NCBI GenBank assembly: GCA_016927475.1
Contig: JAFGMO010000018.1
Span: forward strand, 13,373-77,372
DNA: 64,000 nt
Direction: 5' to 3'
Source of the DNA: Candidatus Aminicenantes bacterium
GTDB lineage: Bacteria; Acidobacteriota; Aminicenantia; Aminicenantales; Aminicenantaceae
Part shown: in pieces, positions 1-10,310 of the stretch
Layout: every line of letters begins with the position of its first letter
Position numbering within the stretch: position 1 is the stretch's first letter
Translations under genes and position numbers: made by a program
Notes under the pieces: generated by a model
What the model saw: the letters and a program-made list of their open reading frames with translations, nothing else
Told to the model about the DNA's origin: nothing
Database searches by the model: none

Positions 1-1342
1 CAAAGGGAGCGGCCAGGACATATCCTCCGTAAGACAGAGTTCCCTTTTCGATTTTGACAAAAATATATCTATTGACCGGAGCTGAAAATTTGAAGCTGTG
101 CATCGTCGCGAATTCACGGTCGGTGGGAATGGATCCCAGTTCCAGGGGCTGGGAAACCTTGATGATTTCCGGTCCTATCTCACTGGCATTATTCCATCGA
201 TAATTTTTTTTGGCGGGCCGGTTCTGATAAGCGGGCCGGTCTTTCGGGAGAAGGAAAGCCGATGTGTTTTTCTGCATTTCTGTTTCAAGAACGCCGGTCG
301 ACGTGTTGATAACCAGAACCTGTTCCATTTCCATTTTTTCGTTTTCGACCAGTGTGACGGATGCTCTGCGGATATTAAAATAGTTGTACATTCCCGGAAT
401 ACGGACCTGCCCGGTTACGTCTTCTTTAATGGGGGGGCCGCCTTTTGAGGACATCACTCCCTTGGCGATGATAAGGCGCATAAATCCGTCGTTTTCAGGG
501 ATGGTGATAGGATCGGAATGGATGTATGCTTCCCCATTAAAGGGACCGTAGGAGACGGTGAAACCATAGGGCAAAAGGTCTTTTTTCCTGTCGGTTTTTT
601 TCTCTTCCTGCAAAATAAGGGATGTTCGTTTTTTGAATTCCTCCTGGTCCACCGAATGGCTGAATTTTACGGTCGCCACTACTTTTTTTATCTTAGGATC
701 TGCGGGATTTTCGTAAAAACTGAAACTGGGAATGGTGATGGAGAAATCAGCCGTTTTGAATTCAAAATTATAGGATTCCAGTTTCACGTGAGCGGGAAAA
801 AGTGACGGCTCGAACTCGACTGTAAATTTTTGAGAAATGGGCCAATCCAGGGCGGGAGTGAATTTCAGGCTTGAATCGTCCGTCCATAGCCATTGCCCCT
901 CAAAGGGGGGAGTCAGAATGATTCCTTTATCGACCTGTTTTCCGACTTGGTCTAAGCGGGCGACTGAACCGTTGAAAGTGACCTGGACGGGATATGGTTC
1001 GAGTTCTTCCGCAAGGACGGTCGCTCCGGGTGTCGAAAAACTGAAGCTGAACTTAACGGGTTCCGGCCGGCTGGAAAACCAGACATATAAAAAAACACCT
1101 CCGAAAATTGCGGCAAAAAATAAAATTCCAACAGCGATGGCGCTTTTTTTATGTTTATTTATCCATATGTTAAAAGAAAAAAATACTTTGGCCGCGCTTT
1201 TTCCGATAACTTTTATCCAGGAAGGGGGCTTCCAGGAGATTTGACCGAAAATCGCACGGAAAAATGAGTGCTTGGATGAGGATGGCTTTTTTGATTTGTT
1301 GTTGGATGGAGAAATTTTCTTTTTTATGGCAGACACATTCAT
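1..1342 (-). CDS. Large membrane-anchored hypothetical protein, N-terminal ~446 aa only (gene runs off window start); possibly MG/Ig-like beta-sandwich (alpha-2-macroglobulin-like) but unassigned
   Basis: Edge-truncated ORFs are absent from the ORF track. Manual reverse-complement translation from ATG (complement of 1340-1342; alternative GTG 1334-1336) reads without a stop to position 1: MNVSAIKKKISPSNNKSKK...AIAVGILFFAAIFGGVFLYVWF (single TM anchor)...FTVEFEPSLFPAHVKLESYNFEFKTADFSITIPSFSFYENP... An AAGGAGG RBS abuts the start. The plus-strand ORFs 98..448, 518..805 and 837..1244 are antisense shadows of this gene. Confidence 0.5.
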   Translation of the reverse strand, partial: MNVSAIKKKISPSNNKSKKPSSSKHSFFRAIFGQISWKPPSWIKVIGKSAAKVFFSFNIWINKHKKSAIAVGILFFAAIFGGVFLYVWFSSRPEPVKFSFSFSTPGATVLAEELEPYPVQVTFNGSVARLDQVGKQVDKGIILTPPFEGQWLWTDDSSLKFTPALDWPISQKFTVEFEPSLFPAHVKLESYNFEFKTADFSITIPSFSFYENPADPKIKKVVATVKFSHSVDQEEFKKRTSLILQEEKKTDRKKDLLPYGFTVSYGPFNGEAYIHSDPITIPENDGFMRLIIAKGVMSSKGGPPIKEDVTGQVRIPGMYNYFNIRRASVTLVENEKMEMEQVLVINTSTGVLETEMQKNTSAFLLPKDRPAYQNRPAKKNYRWNNASEIGPEIIKVSQPLELGSIPTDREFATMHSFKFSAPVNRYIFVKIEKGTLSYGGYVLAAPF

Positions 1343-1475
1343 CCTCCTTTTTTGGTGTTATTTTAGAAATGGGTCTTATTGAACAATAGATGGTTTTTCC
1401 TGCCGTGAGTTTATCATGGCCCGGCTGGCATGTTCAATAGTCGATAAATTAAAGCGGAGCTTCAGGGGGTCAGGG

Positions 1476-4155
1476 TCAATCGTCGTCCTCATCCGGGACG
1501 AGGGATACCGCCCAGATGGGATAGGGAGCCGCGCTTCCTTTTACGGCATGCCAGAGAATACGGTTCAGCGTATCTTCCGGGCAGGCATCAATTATTTGGA
1601 AATTCAAACGGGCGGAAATGAAGGCGTGCTCCCGCAGAAGGGCATCGGTGATTTGTTTGGGCTCCGGATTCATCGTGTCAAGCGGCACGACATTAGGCAC
1701 GGATTTGAAAGGCGTAAAATCGGGTGCGGATGCGAAACAATCGAACATCGGCGTTGCAGTGGCATCGAACTGATTCATGGGGGGGAGACCAAGGATTTGT
1801 TCGATGGTGCGGAGGATACTGGTCGTGTTGTACTGGGTGCTGATGACGGCCCCCCGCTTTGTATAGGGGCTGATGCAGTAGGCGGTGGTCCGGTAACCGC
1901 TGACATGGTCGAAACCGTTTTGGGGGTCATCTTCGATGCCGAATATGACCGTTTCCTTCCAGAAGCGGCTGTGACTGAAAGCCTCCACAATCCGGCCGAA
2001 AGCGAGATCGTTGTCGGCGACACAGGCTGAAGGAGTGGGAGATCCCGCGCGTGTACCGCTGGTATGGTCATTGGGGAGACAGATCAATATGAGGCGGGGC
2101 ATGCTTCCTTCCTGCTCCCAGGCATTGATCTGTTCCGTGATATAGCGCGCCCTCCAGACATCGGGAACCTCCATAATCCATCCTACCGTATCCGTGGGAG
2201 TAAAAGAACGGATGGTTTTTATGGTGGGTTCACTCATGATAATCACTTCTTCTTTAGGATGGAGATATTCCTCCCAGTAATCCTTCCATTGGGGCGGGGT
2301 TTCGCGTTTGTTGTCTTTCCAGCGGCATTCAGGCTGGGTAAACTCACCAAAATTCCAGAGTGAAATGTTGTGCCGGATAGCATTGTCCCAGATAAAACCG
2401 CTGGGAGCATAAGCGAGGGCGTCGGCTTCATCCGGCCCCATGCCGTCGGGGTAGCTTCGCGGCCATCCGGCGAAAGATTTTTCAAGATAATCTGTCCCAA
2501 AAGCGGTGGTAGACCATTGGTGGCCGTCCGCGCTCAGGATGCCGGCGCAGTAGGTGTTGTCAAGGAGAACAAATTCACGGACGATCTTATGCTGGTTGGG
2601 AGTCACCTTTTCCCCGAAAATACAGAGGGACGGATCCCCGTTTCCTTCCGGCATGTCACCCATAACTTGATCATATGTCCGGTTTTCCTTGATGATGTAG
2701 ACCACGTGTTTGAAAACACTCGGTTCCCCGATGCGCTCCGGAACCGGCCTTGGCGGCTGCCCGGGACGCGCTTTTTCCAAAGCCCGGGAAATCCTTTCCC
2801 GGTGGAAGTTTTGGTAGACCATCTGAGTAAGCCTTTGAAGTTCTTTCTTATCCGGCACGGGCACCAGGGATACCGATCCGTGATATTGATGGGTGTTAAA
2901 TCCTTTGGTCCCGGTGGGTTTGTATTCTTTCGGTTCTGTCGGATGGCCTTTGATATTGGCCACACAAAGTTCCGATTTTTTTCCGTTGAAAGTGATGGCT
3001 CCGGGAAACCACCCGACGGGGATAAGACCCAGAAGGGTTGATTCCTTCTCGCCGGGATTAAAACTTATGACGGCTATGGCATTCTGGGTGCCGTTGGCCG
3101 CATAGAGGCGGTTTCCGTCGGGAGAAAAACAGAGGGCATTGGGAGATGCTCCGAAAAGGTCCGCCGGGTTGGTTTTGACCCAAATGGTTTCCACTACGGT
3201 ATCCGTTTGGGCATCGATGACGCTGAGATTATCGCTGGCGGAGTTGGCACAAACGATATAACGCCCGTCAGGGGACAGGACCAGGGCGGAGGAGTGGAGA
3301 TGGACAAGAATTTCTTTTGTTTGCCCTGTGGGAAGATCGATAACCGTTACCGAACCTTCACTGGCGATGTGTTTTACGGGGTCGACTTTAACCACGGTCC
3401 CTCTGCCGGCGGGGCCGGTGAGGTCACCGGGTTCCGGACGCCGTCCTCCCCAGTTGCTGACATAAACTTTTTCCTTGAGAAGCACAACATCATAAGGGGC
3501 GACGCCTACGTCAAAGATTCGGATGACCTCATTGGTCCGGATATCCATTTCCAAAAGGCGGTTGGAGAGGTTGCCGCAGACATATAGTTTTGTGTTGTCG
3601 CCGGACAGCGCCAATCCGGCGGGAATTTCATTTTTTCTGCGCGGAGCATCGGCGGGGGGGAGCGGTATGGAATATGAAGGACGAACCATTCCATCCTGTG
3701 TCAGGGAAAAAACCTTAATACTTCCGTTGACGTTGCTGAGATATATGCGGTCGCCTCCTTTCGAAAAAATAAGGCCGGTGTAGCTCAGCTGGCCTTTCGA
3801 GTCGGGATTGAGGATGTTTTCGGATGATAAATCGGGAAGAGGTTCGTTTTGATCTTCTGACGGAAAATGAACGGTTTGGTTGATTTTTTTTGATGCGGGA
3901 TCGATGAGGATAAGCTCATTTGTTTTGCCTGATACCGCCAGCATCCGTCCGTCCGGAGAAAGGGCGATGCCTTGAGGACGGAGCCCCGGGAGGGCAATCT
4001 GAGTTCCGGCGGATTCCAGTATTTGATTAACCGGTAAAACCGTACGGTCTTCACCGGCTGAGCCTACCTGTTGGGTATCTGATTTTTCCTGGCGGCAGGA
4101 TATCGTTCCCAGGCAAGCAAACAAAACCGCCAAAATGGACATCTGTTTTTTCATT
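1476..4155 (-). CDS. Secreted/lipoprotein fusion: N-terminal YVTN-type beta-propeller repeats plus C-terminal phosphoesterase-family (phospholipase C / AcpA-like) domain
   Basis: Start moved to the internal Met MKKQMSILAVLFACLGTISC (signal peptide, lipobox-like ISC) at 4155. Repeated LYV..N.....V..ID propeller blades in the N-terminal half. The C-terminal half carries VVYIIKENRTYDQVMGD and HVSGYRTTAYCISPYTKRG, characteristic of the PF04185 phosphoesterase family. Confidence 0.6.
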
Positions 4156-4364
4156 TGCCAACTCTTGGATGATTTTGGATATTGTTTGGTTTTTCCCTTT
4201 TTTATAGAAATAAGGTTTGTAATCATGATGACTTCCATAACTCCTTGTTTTGTTTTACGTATAATATATAAAAAATATTCCCTTGTGTTAACCCGGATTG
4301 TTCGTGAAGGTTAAACCAGGGACATATTATCCTGAATAATCCAGGATAAGAACCGAGGTGTACC

Positions 4365-5480
4365 ATGAAAAAAAGAGCAGGTTTTTTTGCCGCATTTTTG
4401 CTGCTTTTGTTTCCGTTTTTTCTCCAAGCCCAGAAGGTCAAGACGGTCGACGGCGTCAAGATCATCTCTTATTCGAAAAAACCCAAGCCGGCCAAAGGAA
4501 TTCCCGGCCGTTTGATCCTGACGGAAGAACTGCGTTTCGGGGAAAGCGAAAACCTTGACAAATCTTTCGCGGAGGTGACGGCCTTTGCCGTGGATGCAGA
4601 TGGAAATGTATATGCTGTGGATATGAAAGACAGTAAGGTCAAAGTTTTCGACAAGGAGGGCGGTTACCTTCGAAGTATCGGCAAAAAGGGACAAGGACCC
4701 GGGGAGCTGGAAATGCCGTCAGGGATTCAGATCATACCGGGCCCCAAATTGGTTGTAGAGGACGCTTTGGCCCGAAGGCTGGCCTATTTCCAATTGGACG
4801 GAACATTTATCAAGAACGTATCCTTTGCCGACAGGTTGGCCATGGTCAATATCATTTTCGACAAGGCGGGGAATGTTCTGGCCCGGGAAATGGGGATTGA
4901 GGGGAATGAATTGTTTTTCGGGATTAATAAATACGATCCTGACTTAAAATCTCTTTTCACTCTTGATAAGATAAAATTCGCCATTCCCACGGGCGGTAAC
5001 AAGATGAATATCATGGACCTTATGGCCATATACCAGATGGACATGGAAGGAAATATTTATTACACCCGGAATCTTGATTATGAGATCAAAATTTATTCAC
5101 CTTCGGGAAAGCATACGGAAAGTTTAACAAAGGATTATGATCCTGAAAAAGTAACGGAGGAGGATATTCAGGAAATGCTGGCCAGGATTCCCCAGACCAG
5201 CTCGATTAATTATGAAGAGATTTTGGAATTTCCGAAAGAATTTCCCCCTATTCAATATTTTTTTCTGGATGATCTGGAACATCTTTTTGTTAAGACCTGG
5301 GAACGAGCGGGAGAAAAGGATAGGTTTTATGTGGATGTGTTCGACGTAGAGGGAAGGTTTCTGACCCGTTTCGCGACCAAGGCCGATCTTAGGCTTGTAA
5401 GGGGGAAAAAGCTCTACTCCATCGAGGAAAATGAAGACGGATTCAAGGTTATCGTCCGCTACGGAATGGCCTGGAAATAA
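4365..5480 (+). CDS. Secreted 6-bladed beta-propeller (NHL/TolB-like) protein; paralog of 36931..37941
   Basis: Signal peptide MKKRAGFFAAFLLLLFPFFLQAQ; repeated blade motifs (GNVYAVD, KKGQGPGEL, IYYT). Shares the KKGxGPGE and blade pattern with the minus-strand protein at 36931..37941. Confidence 0.5.
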   Translation: MKKRAGFFAAFLLLLFPFFLQAQKVKTVDGVKIISYSKKPKPAKGIPGRLILTEELRFGESENLDKSFAEVTAFAVDADGNVYAVDMKDSKVKVFDKEGGYLRSIGKKGQGPGELEMPSGIQIIPGPKLVVEDALARRLAYFQLDGTFIKNVSFADRLAMVNIIFDKAGNVLAREMGIEGNELFFGINKYDPDLKSLFTLDKIKFAIPTGGNKMNIMDLMAIYQMDMEGNIYYTRNLDYEIKIYSPSGKHTESLTKDYDPEKVTEEDIQEMLARIPQTSSINYEEILEFPKEFPPIQYFFLDDLEHLFVKTWERAGEKDRFYVDVFDVEGRFLTRFATKADLRLVRGKKLYSIEENEDGFKVIVRYGMAWK

Positions 5481-5562
5481 TGAGGTTTTTGTCCAAACAG
5501 ATTTGTTGATTTGAGGCGGTTGTTGTGGTATTTCTGGATACTTCCAGGGTGGGTATTTTTTT

Positions 5563-5585
5563 TCGGCTGTAGGCCGAAATTTTTC
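5563..5585 (+). terminator. Putative weak intrinsic terminator (6-bp stem TTCGGC/GCCGAA, 5-nt loop, T-tract) downstream of the 4365..5480 gene
   Basis: tttttttcggctgtaggccgaaattttt: hairpin flanked by T-runs on both sides; short AT-rich stem. Confidence 0.35.
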
Positions 5586-5604
5586 ATTTCGAGGAGATGA
5601 TGTT

Positions 5605-6972
5605 GTGAGAAAAAAGAAATTTATTTTTTTTGTCTTTCTATGCGGTATGCTTTCATGGTCTTTTGCCGACGGTTTTCGTTTGTTCGAACATGGAGCCAGA
5701 GCGGCGACTTTGGCCGGAGCTTTTACAGCCAGGGCGGATGACCCGTCCGCGGTCTTTTACAATCCTGCGGGACTTGCCTTTCAAGAAGGATTCCAGATTA
5801 ATCCCAATGTTTCCTACAGTCCCTTCGTCTCAACGGCCTCATCCGAAAATTTTGCTAATCCGGTAAAAAGCTCTTCCCAGCAGATCCGTTCGGACGTTTA
5901 TGCCTCCCTGGGTGTGAAAGGCCGTATTGGATTGGGAATCGGTTTTTTTGTTCCTTATAACACCCAGACGCATTGGCCTGAAACTTGGGCCGGGAAAAGG
6001 CAGAGTATCATTTCCAAGTTCAATACCCACTTCCTTCGTCCGGCCGCGGCATTCAAGATCGGGGAGAGGATTGCTGTGGGAGCAGGATTGGACATCGTTT
6101 TTTCCAGCCTTGAATGGCTGCATACGGTTGTTTTTGATATTCCGGAGCTGGTTTTTTTCGATGAGATGGATATCTTAAGCCATCAGCAGCTCGACACCAA
6201 AAGCCTGAGCTTCACCGCCGGGTTTTTGGTCAAGCCCTTTGATTTTCTTCGCATCGGAGGGCGCTATCAGCATAAAGTCAAGCTGTCTTATAAGGGAGTA
6301 AACTCATTCAACACATACAGCGTGGGCAGTGGATATTTTGTGACCCCTGACGGCAAGTCTTACCGGAAATCCCTGGTTGTTTCAGATTTTTACCGGTCCC
6401 AATCGGTCACTTCCCGTTTAACCCTGCCGTCTGAAGCCATCTTAGGATTCATGTTTATTCCCCATGAAAAGTTCACCCTTCAAGTGGATGTTAACTGGAC
6501 GGAATGGAGTGTTATTGACAAGTGGGAATTCCGGGCCGTGAAATCCGACGAGGAGCTCAACCCGGATTTTCTTTGGGCGTATGGAAATTTTTATGGCCTC
6601 GTTCCCAATTATGGAACCCAGGGATTGGCCCTGAATTGGAAAAATGTCGTTGGCCTTAAAGTGGGGGCCGAATATTATATCAGTCCGGTTATCGCTATTA
6701 GAGGGGGATATGCCTTGCGCCCTCATCCTGGAAACGATGAAAACCTTACGGCCGTTCATCCCTTTGCTGACAGGAACATTCTTTCATTCGGCGGCGGTTA
6801 TTGCGGGCCCATGTATTCTCCGACGGATGGTGCTGTTATCGGCAATCTGTCGTTTGATGTGTTTTTTCAGGCCGCCTTGTCTAAAGGAACGTCGACTTTA
6901 TTGCCCGGCGTTAAGGTCGATTACGATTCGAACAATTATCTTTTCGGCGTGGGTGTAAGCTGGAAAATGTGA
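5605..6972 (+). CDS. Outer-membrane FadL/TodX (OMPP1) family hydrophobic-compound transporter
   Basis: Signal peptide, then N-terminal GARAATLAGAFTARADDPSAVFYNPAGLAF (FadL family signature). Size of 455 aa; beta-strand-like alternating pattern. Confidence 0.65.
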   Translation: MRKKKFIFFVFLCGMLSWSFADGFRLFEHGARAATLAGAFTARADDPSAVFYNPAGLAFQEGFQINPNVSYSPFVSTASSENFANPVKSSSQQIRSDVYASLGVKGRIGLGIGFFVPYNTQTHWPETWAGKRQSIISKFNTHFLRPAAAFKIGERIAVGAGLDIVFSSLEWLHTVVFDIPELVFFDEMDILSHQQLDTKSLSFTAGFLVKPFDFLRIGGRYQHKVKLSYKGVNSFNTYSVGSGYFVTPDGKSYRKSLVVSDFYRSQSVTSRLTLPSEAILGFMFIPHEKFTLQVDVNWTEWSVIDKWEFRAVKSDEELNPDFLWAYGNFYGLVPNYGTQGLALNWKNVVGLKVGAEYYISPVIAIRGGYALRPHPGNDENLTAVHPFADRNILSFGGGYCGPMYSPTDGAVIGNLSFDVFFQAALSKGTSTLLPGVKVDYDSNNYLFGVGVSWKM

Positions 6973-6997
6973 TTTAGGAAAATGTGGGGAGGGGGCC

Positions 6998-8323
6998 ATG
7001 TTTGAAAAAATATTTCACCTCAGTGCCAATAACACAACGGCACGGACAGAAATTTTAGCCGGGCTGACGACTTTCCTGACCATGGCCTACATCATTTTTG
7101 TCAATCCCGCCATCCTGGCTACGGATTTCAATGGGAATCCAACGGGATTGAGTATGGACGCAGCCATGCTGGCCACCTGTCTGGCCGCATTTATCGCCAC
7201 TGTCCTCATGGGGATTTATGCAAATTTTCCCATTGCCCAAGCACCGGGAATGGGGGAAAATTTTTTCTTTGTTACCGTGGTCATGGCCTTGACAGCCAAG
7301 GGGGTAACGGAGAGCTGGAAAGTCGCACTGGGTATCACCTTTATCGCCGGGATTATTTTTCTCATCCTCTCTCTGCTGAAGTTCCGAAAAGCCATTATTG
7401 ATGCCGTCAGTCCAAGTCTTAAAAACAGCATCGCCGTCGGGATCGGTTTTCTCATCGCATTTATCGGGTTTCAGAACGCCGGAGTCATCGTTGATTCCCA
7501 GGGATCTCTTGTTAAATTTCATGCCAATTTTTTTCAGACCGATACCTTAATTTTTATTTTCGGTCTTTTCGTTACGGCCGTCCTTTTTGTCAGGGGAGTC
7601 AAAGGTGCTGTCATCTGGGGTATTTTTCTTTCTACTCTTCTCGCCCTTATCGTGGGGGCCGTAAAGTACCAGGGAATTATCGGATTCCCTCAGGACAATG
7701 CCTTTTTCCGTTTTAATTTGGGCGGAGCCCTGAAGTTGGAGTGGCTTCCTTTCATTCTTGTTTTTCTTTTTATGGATATATTCGATACCATGGGAACCCT
7801 CATTGGAGTGGGCGAGCAGATGGGTATTATGGAAGACAACAAGCTGCCCCGGGCCAACCGGGCTCTCATTTCCGATGCGGTCGGGACGGTCGTCGGTTCC
7901 TGCTCAGGGACGAGCACGGTAACGTCCTTTATAGAGAGTGTGGTCGGTGTCCAGTACGGCGGCCGGACGGGAATGACGAGTCTTGTAACCGGCAGCCTCT
8001 TTTTGGTTGCGCTGTTTTTCAGCCCCCTGGTGGGAATGGTCGGGAGCTATCTTCCCATAACGGCGCCCGCCCTGGTTATTGTGGGAGCGATGATGATACG
8101 CAATGTAAAAAAAATCGACTGGGCGGATTATTCCGAGTCGATCCCGGCTTTCCTGATCATGCTGGGAATACCTTTGAGCTATAACATCCATGATGGGCTG
8201 GCTATAGGATTTATCGCTTATCCGCTGATCAAACTTCTGGGGGGTAGGGGGAAAGAACTCAACTGGCTGCATTATCTTGTAGCGGCGATCTTTATTATGA
8301 GGTATGCGTTGATAAAGGGGTGA
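6998..8323 (+). CDS. NCS2 family purine permease (AzgA/PbuG-like adenine/guanine/hypoxanthine transporter)
   Basis: MFEKIFHLSANNTTARTEILAGLTTFLTMAYIIFVNPAIL is the typical AzgA-family N-terminus. Polytopic; 441 aa. GGAGG-like RBS (ggggaggggg) precedes the ATG. Confidence 0.8.
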   Translation: MFEKIFHLSANNTTARTEILAGLTTFLTMAYIIFVNPAILATDFNGNPTGLSMDAAMLATCLAAFIATVLMGIYANFPIAQAPGMGENFFFVTVVMALTAKGVTESWKVALGITFIAGIIFLILSLLKFRKAIIDAVSPSLKNSIAVGIGFLIAFIGFQNAGVIVDSQGSLVKFHANFFQTDTLIFIFGLFVTAVLFVRGVKGAVIWGIFLSTLLALIVGAVKYQGIIGFPQDNAFFRFNLGGALKLEWLPFILVFLFMDIFDTMGTLIGVGEQMGIMEDNKLPRANRALISDAVGTVVGSCSGTSTVTSFIESVVGVQYGGRTGMTSLVTGSLFLVALFFSPLVGMVGSYLPITAPALVIVGAMMIRNVKKIDWADYSESIPAFLIMLGIPLSYNIHDGLAIGFIAYPLIKLLGGRGKELNWLHYLVAAIFIMRYALIKG

Positions 8324-8425
8324 GAAATTCCGTGTTTTTTCCGCGTCTATCTATTGAAAGGAATTGAACGGAAATTTCCTGCATTTCTGTTTATGCCGAA
8401 TAATAATACTGACGGTGAGGAAGTC

Positions 8426-8938
8426 ATGAACATTTTTTGGTTGGTTTATATTGTGGTATTTATCTGTGGATTGACGTTTTTTTTTGCATATGTTCGGGGT
8501 GTCCGTTCCAGGCTGGAAAAGACCGGCCGTAATAGGATTTTGTGGATAGCTCATTTGATGTTCAGCTTTCCTTTAAATCTTTTTACCTGGAGCGTTTTCG
8601 CCGCCTACTTCGGATACAACCTGTATTCCATTCTTGTCTTGGAGAGATATTATTTTGGCTGCACCGGCTTTTTGCTCATTCTGTTTCTGCTTCTTTTTTT
8701 AGCCCGCTACCACATCGCCGTGGGCGAAAAGGGAATTCTTTTTCATGAAAGTTTTGTTCCTTGGAAAAAAATTGTCAGTGTCAAAAGGAAGGCGGGATTG
8801 GTTAAATGGATAAACGTTACCTGGGAGCAAGGGGTTTCATCCCAAGAGAAAAAATCAAAAAAATTTATTGTTCCGGGAAGATTGTTTCGTTCTCTGAGTC
8901 TTCACATCGAAAAAATGCTTTCTTCTGAAAACAACTAA
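8426..8938 (+). CDS. Hypothetical small membrane protein (3-4 TM) with C-terminal soluble domain
   Basis: Internal Met MNIFWLVYIVVFICGLTFFF with GGTGAGG RBS chosen over the 8354 start; hydrophobic helices; no recognisable family. Confidence 0.4.
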   Translation: MNIFWLVYIVVFICGLTFFFAYVRGVRSRLEKTGRNRILWIAHLMFSFPLNLFTWSVFAAYFGYNLYSILVLERYYFGCTGFLLILFLLLFLARYHIAVGEKGILFHESFVPWKKIVSVKRKAGLVKWINVTWEQGVSSQEKKSKKFIVPGRLFRSLSLHIEKMLSSENN

Positions 8939-9042
8939 CCAGCCTTCATTTTATCATTTCATCTTTTTCATATAACTTGCCTTATCTTTTTATTTGTAAT
9001 ATAAACAATCTCAAAGCGTCCTTTTTTTTGCGGGAGTATAAC

Positions 9043-10164
9043 ATGTTTGAGATCAAAGAAGTTTTGAGTCGAAGAGACCATATGAACTTCATCAAATTCC
9101 CATGGAAGGTCTATCAAAATGATCCGAATTGGGTACCCCCGCTCATTTTTGACATGAAAAATACCTTTAATAAGAATAAAAATCCTTTTTTTGAATTCGG
9201 TGAGGCTGCTTTTTTTCTGGCTTTGAGAGAAGGGAAGACGATCGGTAGAGTTTCCGCTCATATCAACAGCCTGCATAACGAATTCCATAAGACTAAAGAA
9301 GGTTTTTTCGGCTTTTATGAATGTCTCGAGGATGAAGAAGCCTCACAAGCTCTCATGAGGGCAGCTGAAGAATGGTTGAGGGGCCGCGGAATGGAAAAAA
9401 TCATCGGTCCTGAAAATTTTACCATCTATGATGAAATCGGTTTCCAGGTCGATGGCTTTGATGAAGACCCGCCGACTCCCGTTATCATGACCACATATAA
9501 TCCTCTCTATTATCTGGATCAGATGGCGAAAGCAGGCTATCAGAAAGAGATCGACTGGCTGGCTTTTAAGGTCGATGAGACCGTTAGCATCAAGGATACG
9601 TATTTTAAAATAAGCGAACGGATAAAAAGAAAAGAAGGGCTTGTTTTCCGTCCTATAGATATCAAAAATATCAAATCAGAAGTGGCCAAGATAAAAAGGA
9701 TAGTTCACGGTGCCTGGGCGGAAAATTGGGGACATTTTCCTTATTCTGACGGGCAGTTTGACAAGGTCGCTGAAGCCCTGAAGTTAATCGTTGATCCCCG
9801 GACGGCTTTCATCGTAGAAAAAGCAGGGGAAGCCATTGCCGTCGCCGTAACGCTTCCGGATATCAATCCGTCCATCCAAAAAATGAACGGACGGCTTTTT
9901 CCCTTTGGCTGGTGGTATTTTTTAATGGCGAAAAAAAAGGCGGTTGGTCTCAGAACGTTTTTATTCGGTGTGCTCAAAGAATACCGCAACAGGGGTATCG
10001 ACCTTGTTCTTGTTATGGATACCATTTTGAATGCCAAAAAAGCGGGGTACCGGTGGTCGGAATGTTCCATCGTTGTGGAAAACAACCATAAAATGATTGA
10101 TCCCATCCTCAAATGGGGCGGACGTCTTTATAAAAAGTACCGTCTGTTTGGAAAAAAATTGTAA
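9043..10164 (+). CDS. Large (~373 aa) GNAT-fold-like acyltransferase; candidate N-acyltransferase of the adjacent lipid pathway (bacterial ceramide-synthase-like?)
   Basis: Start at MFEIKEV (GGGAG RBS). No TM. Region QALMRAAEEWLRGRGMEKIIGPENFT resembles a GNAT acyl-CoA-binding core. Assignment is weak; neighbourhood-based. Confidence 0.3.
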   Translation: MFEIKEVLSRRDHMNFIKFPWKVYQNDPNWVPPLIFDMKNTFNKNKNPFFEFGEAAFFLALREGKTIGRVSAHINSLHNEFHKTKEGFFGFYECLEDEEASQALMRAAEEWLRGRGMEKIIGPENFTIYDEIGFQVDGFDEDPPTPVIMTTYNPLYYLDQMAKAGYQKEIDWLAFKVDETVSIKDTYFKISERIKRKEGLVFRPIDIKNIKSEVAKIKRIVHGAWAENWGHFPYSDGQFDKVAEALKLIVDPRTAFIVEKAGEAIAVAVTLPDINPSIQKMNGRLFPFGWWYFLMAKKKAVGLRTFLFGVLKEYRNRGIDLVLVMDTILNAKKAGYRWSECSIVVENNHKMIDPILKWGGRLYKKYRLFGKKL

Positions 10165-10310
10165 AATTGGTTATACGACAGAACGTTAATCCCCAAGTCC
10201 GGCCTTGAGCGGAAAAGAAACTCTCGGATCTTTAAGAAACATTTCAGATTCATGGCCCTAACTGATATAATACCCCCTTAATAATTTTTTTTTCACGTTG
10301 AGAGCAAACC

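Noticed and set aside
98-1244. Plus-strand ORFs 98..448, 518..805 and 837..1244
   Set aside because: Low-complexity, implausible proteins with no RBS. The minus strand over the same span translates as one continuous 446-aa reading frame with RBS and TM anchor, so these are antisense shadows.
1416-3587. Plus-strand ORFs 1416..2030, 2064..2363, 2370..3041 and 3207..3587 inside the 1476..4155 gene
   Set aside because: Antisense shadows. The minus-strand ORF is 920 aa and carries clear phosphoesterase and propeller motifs.
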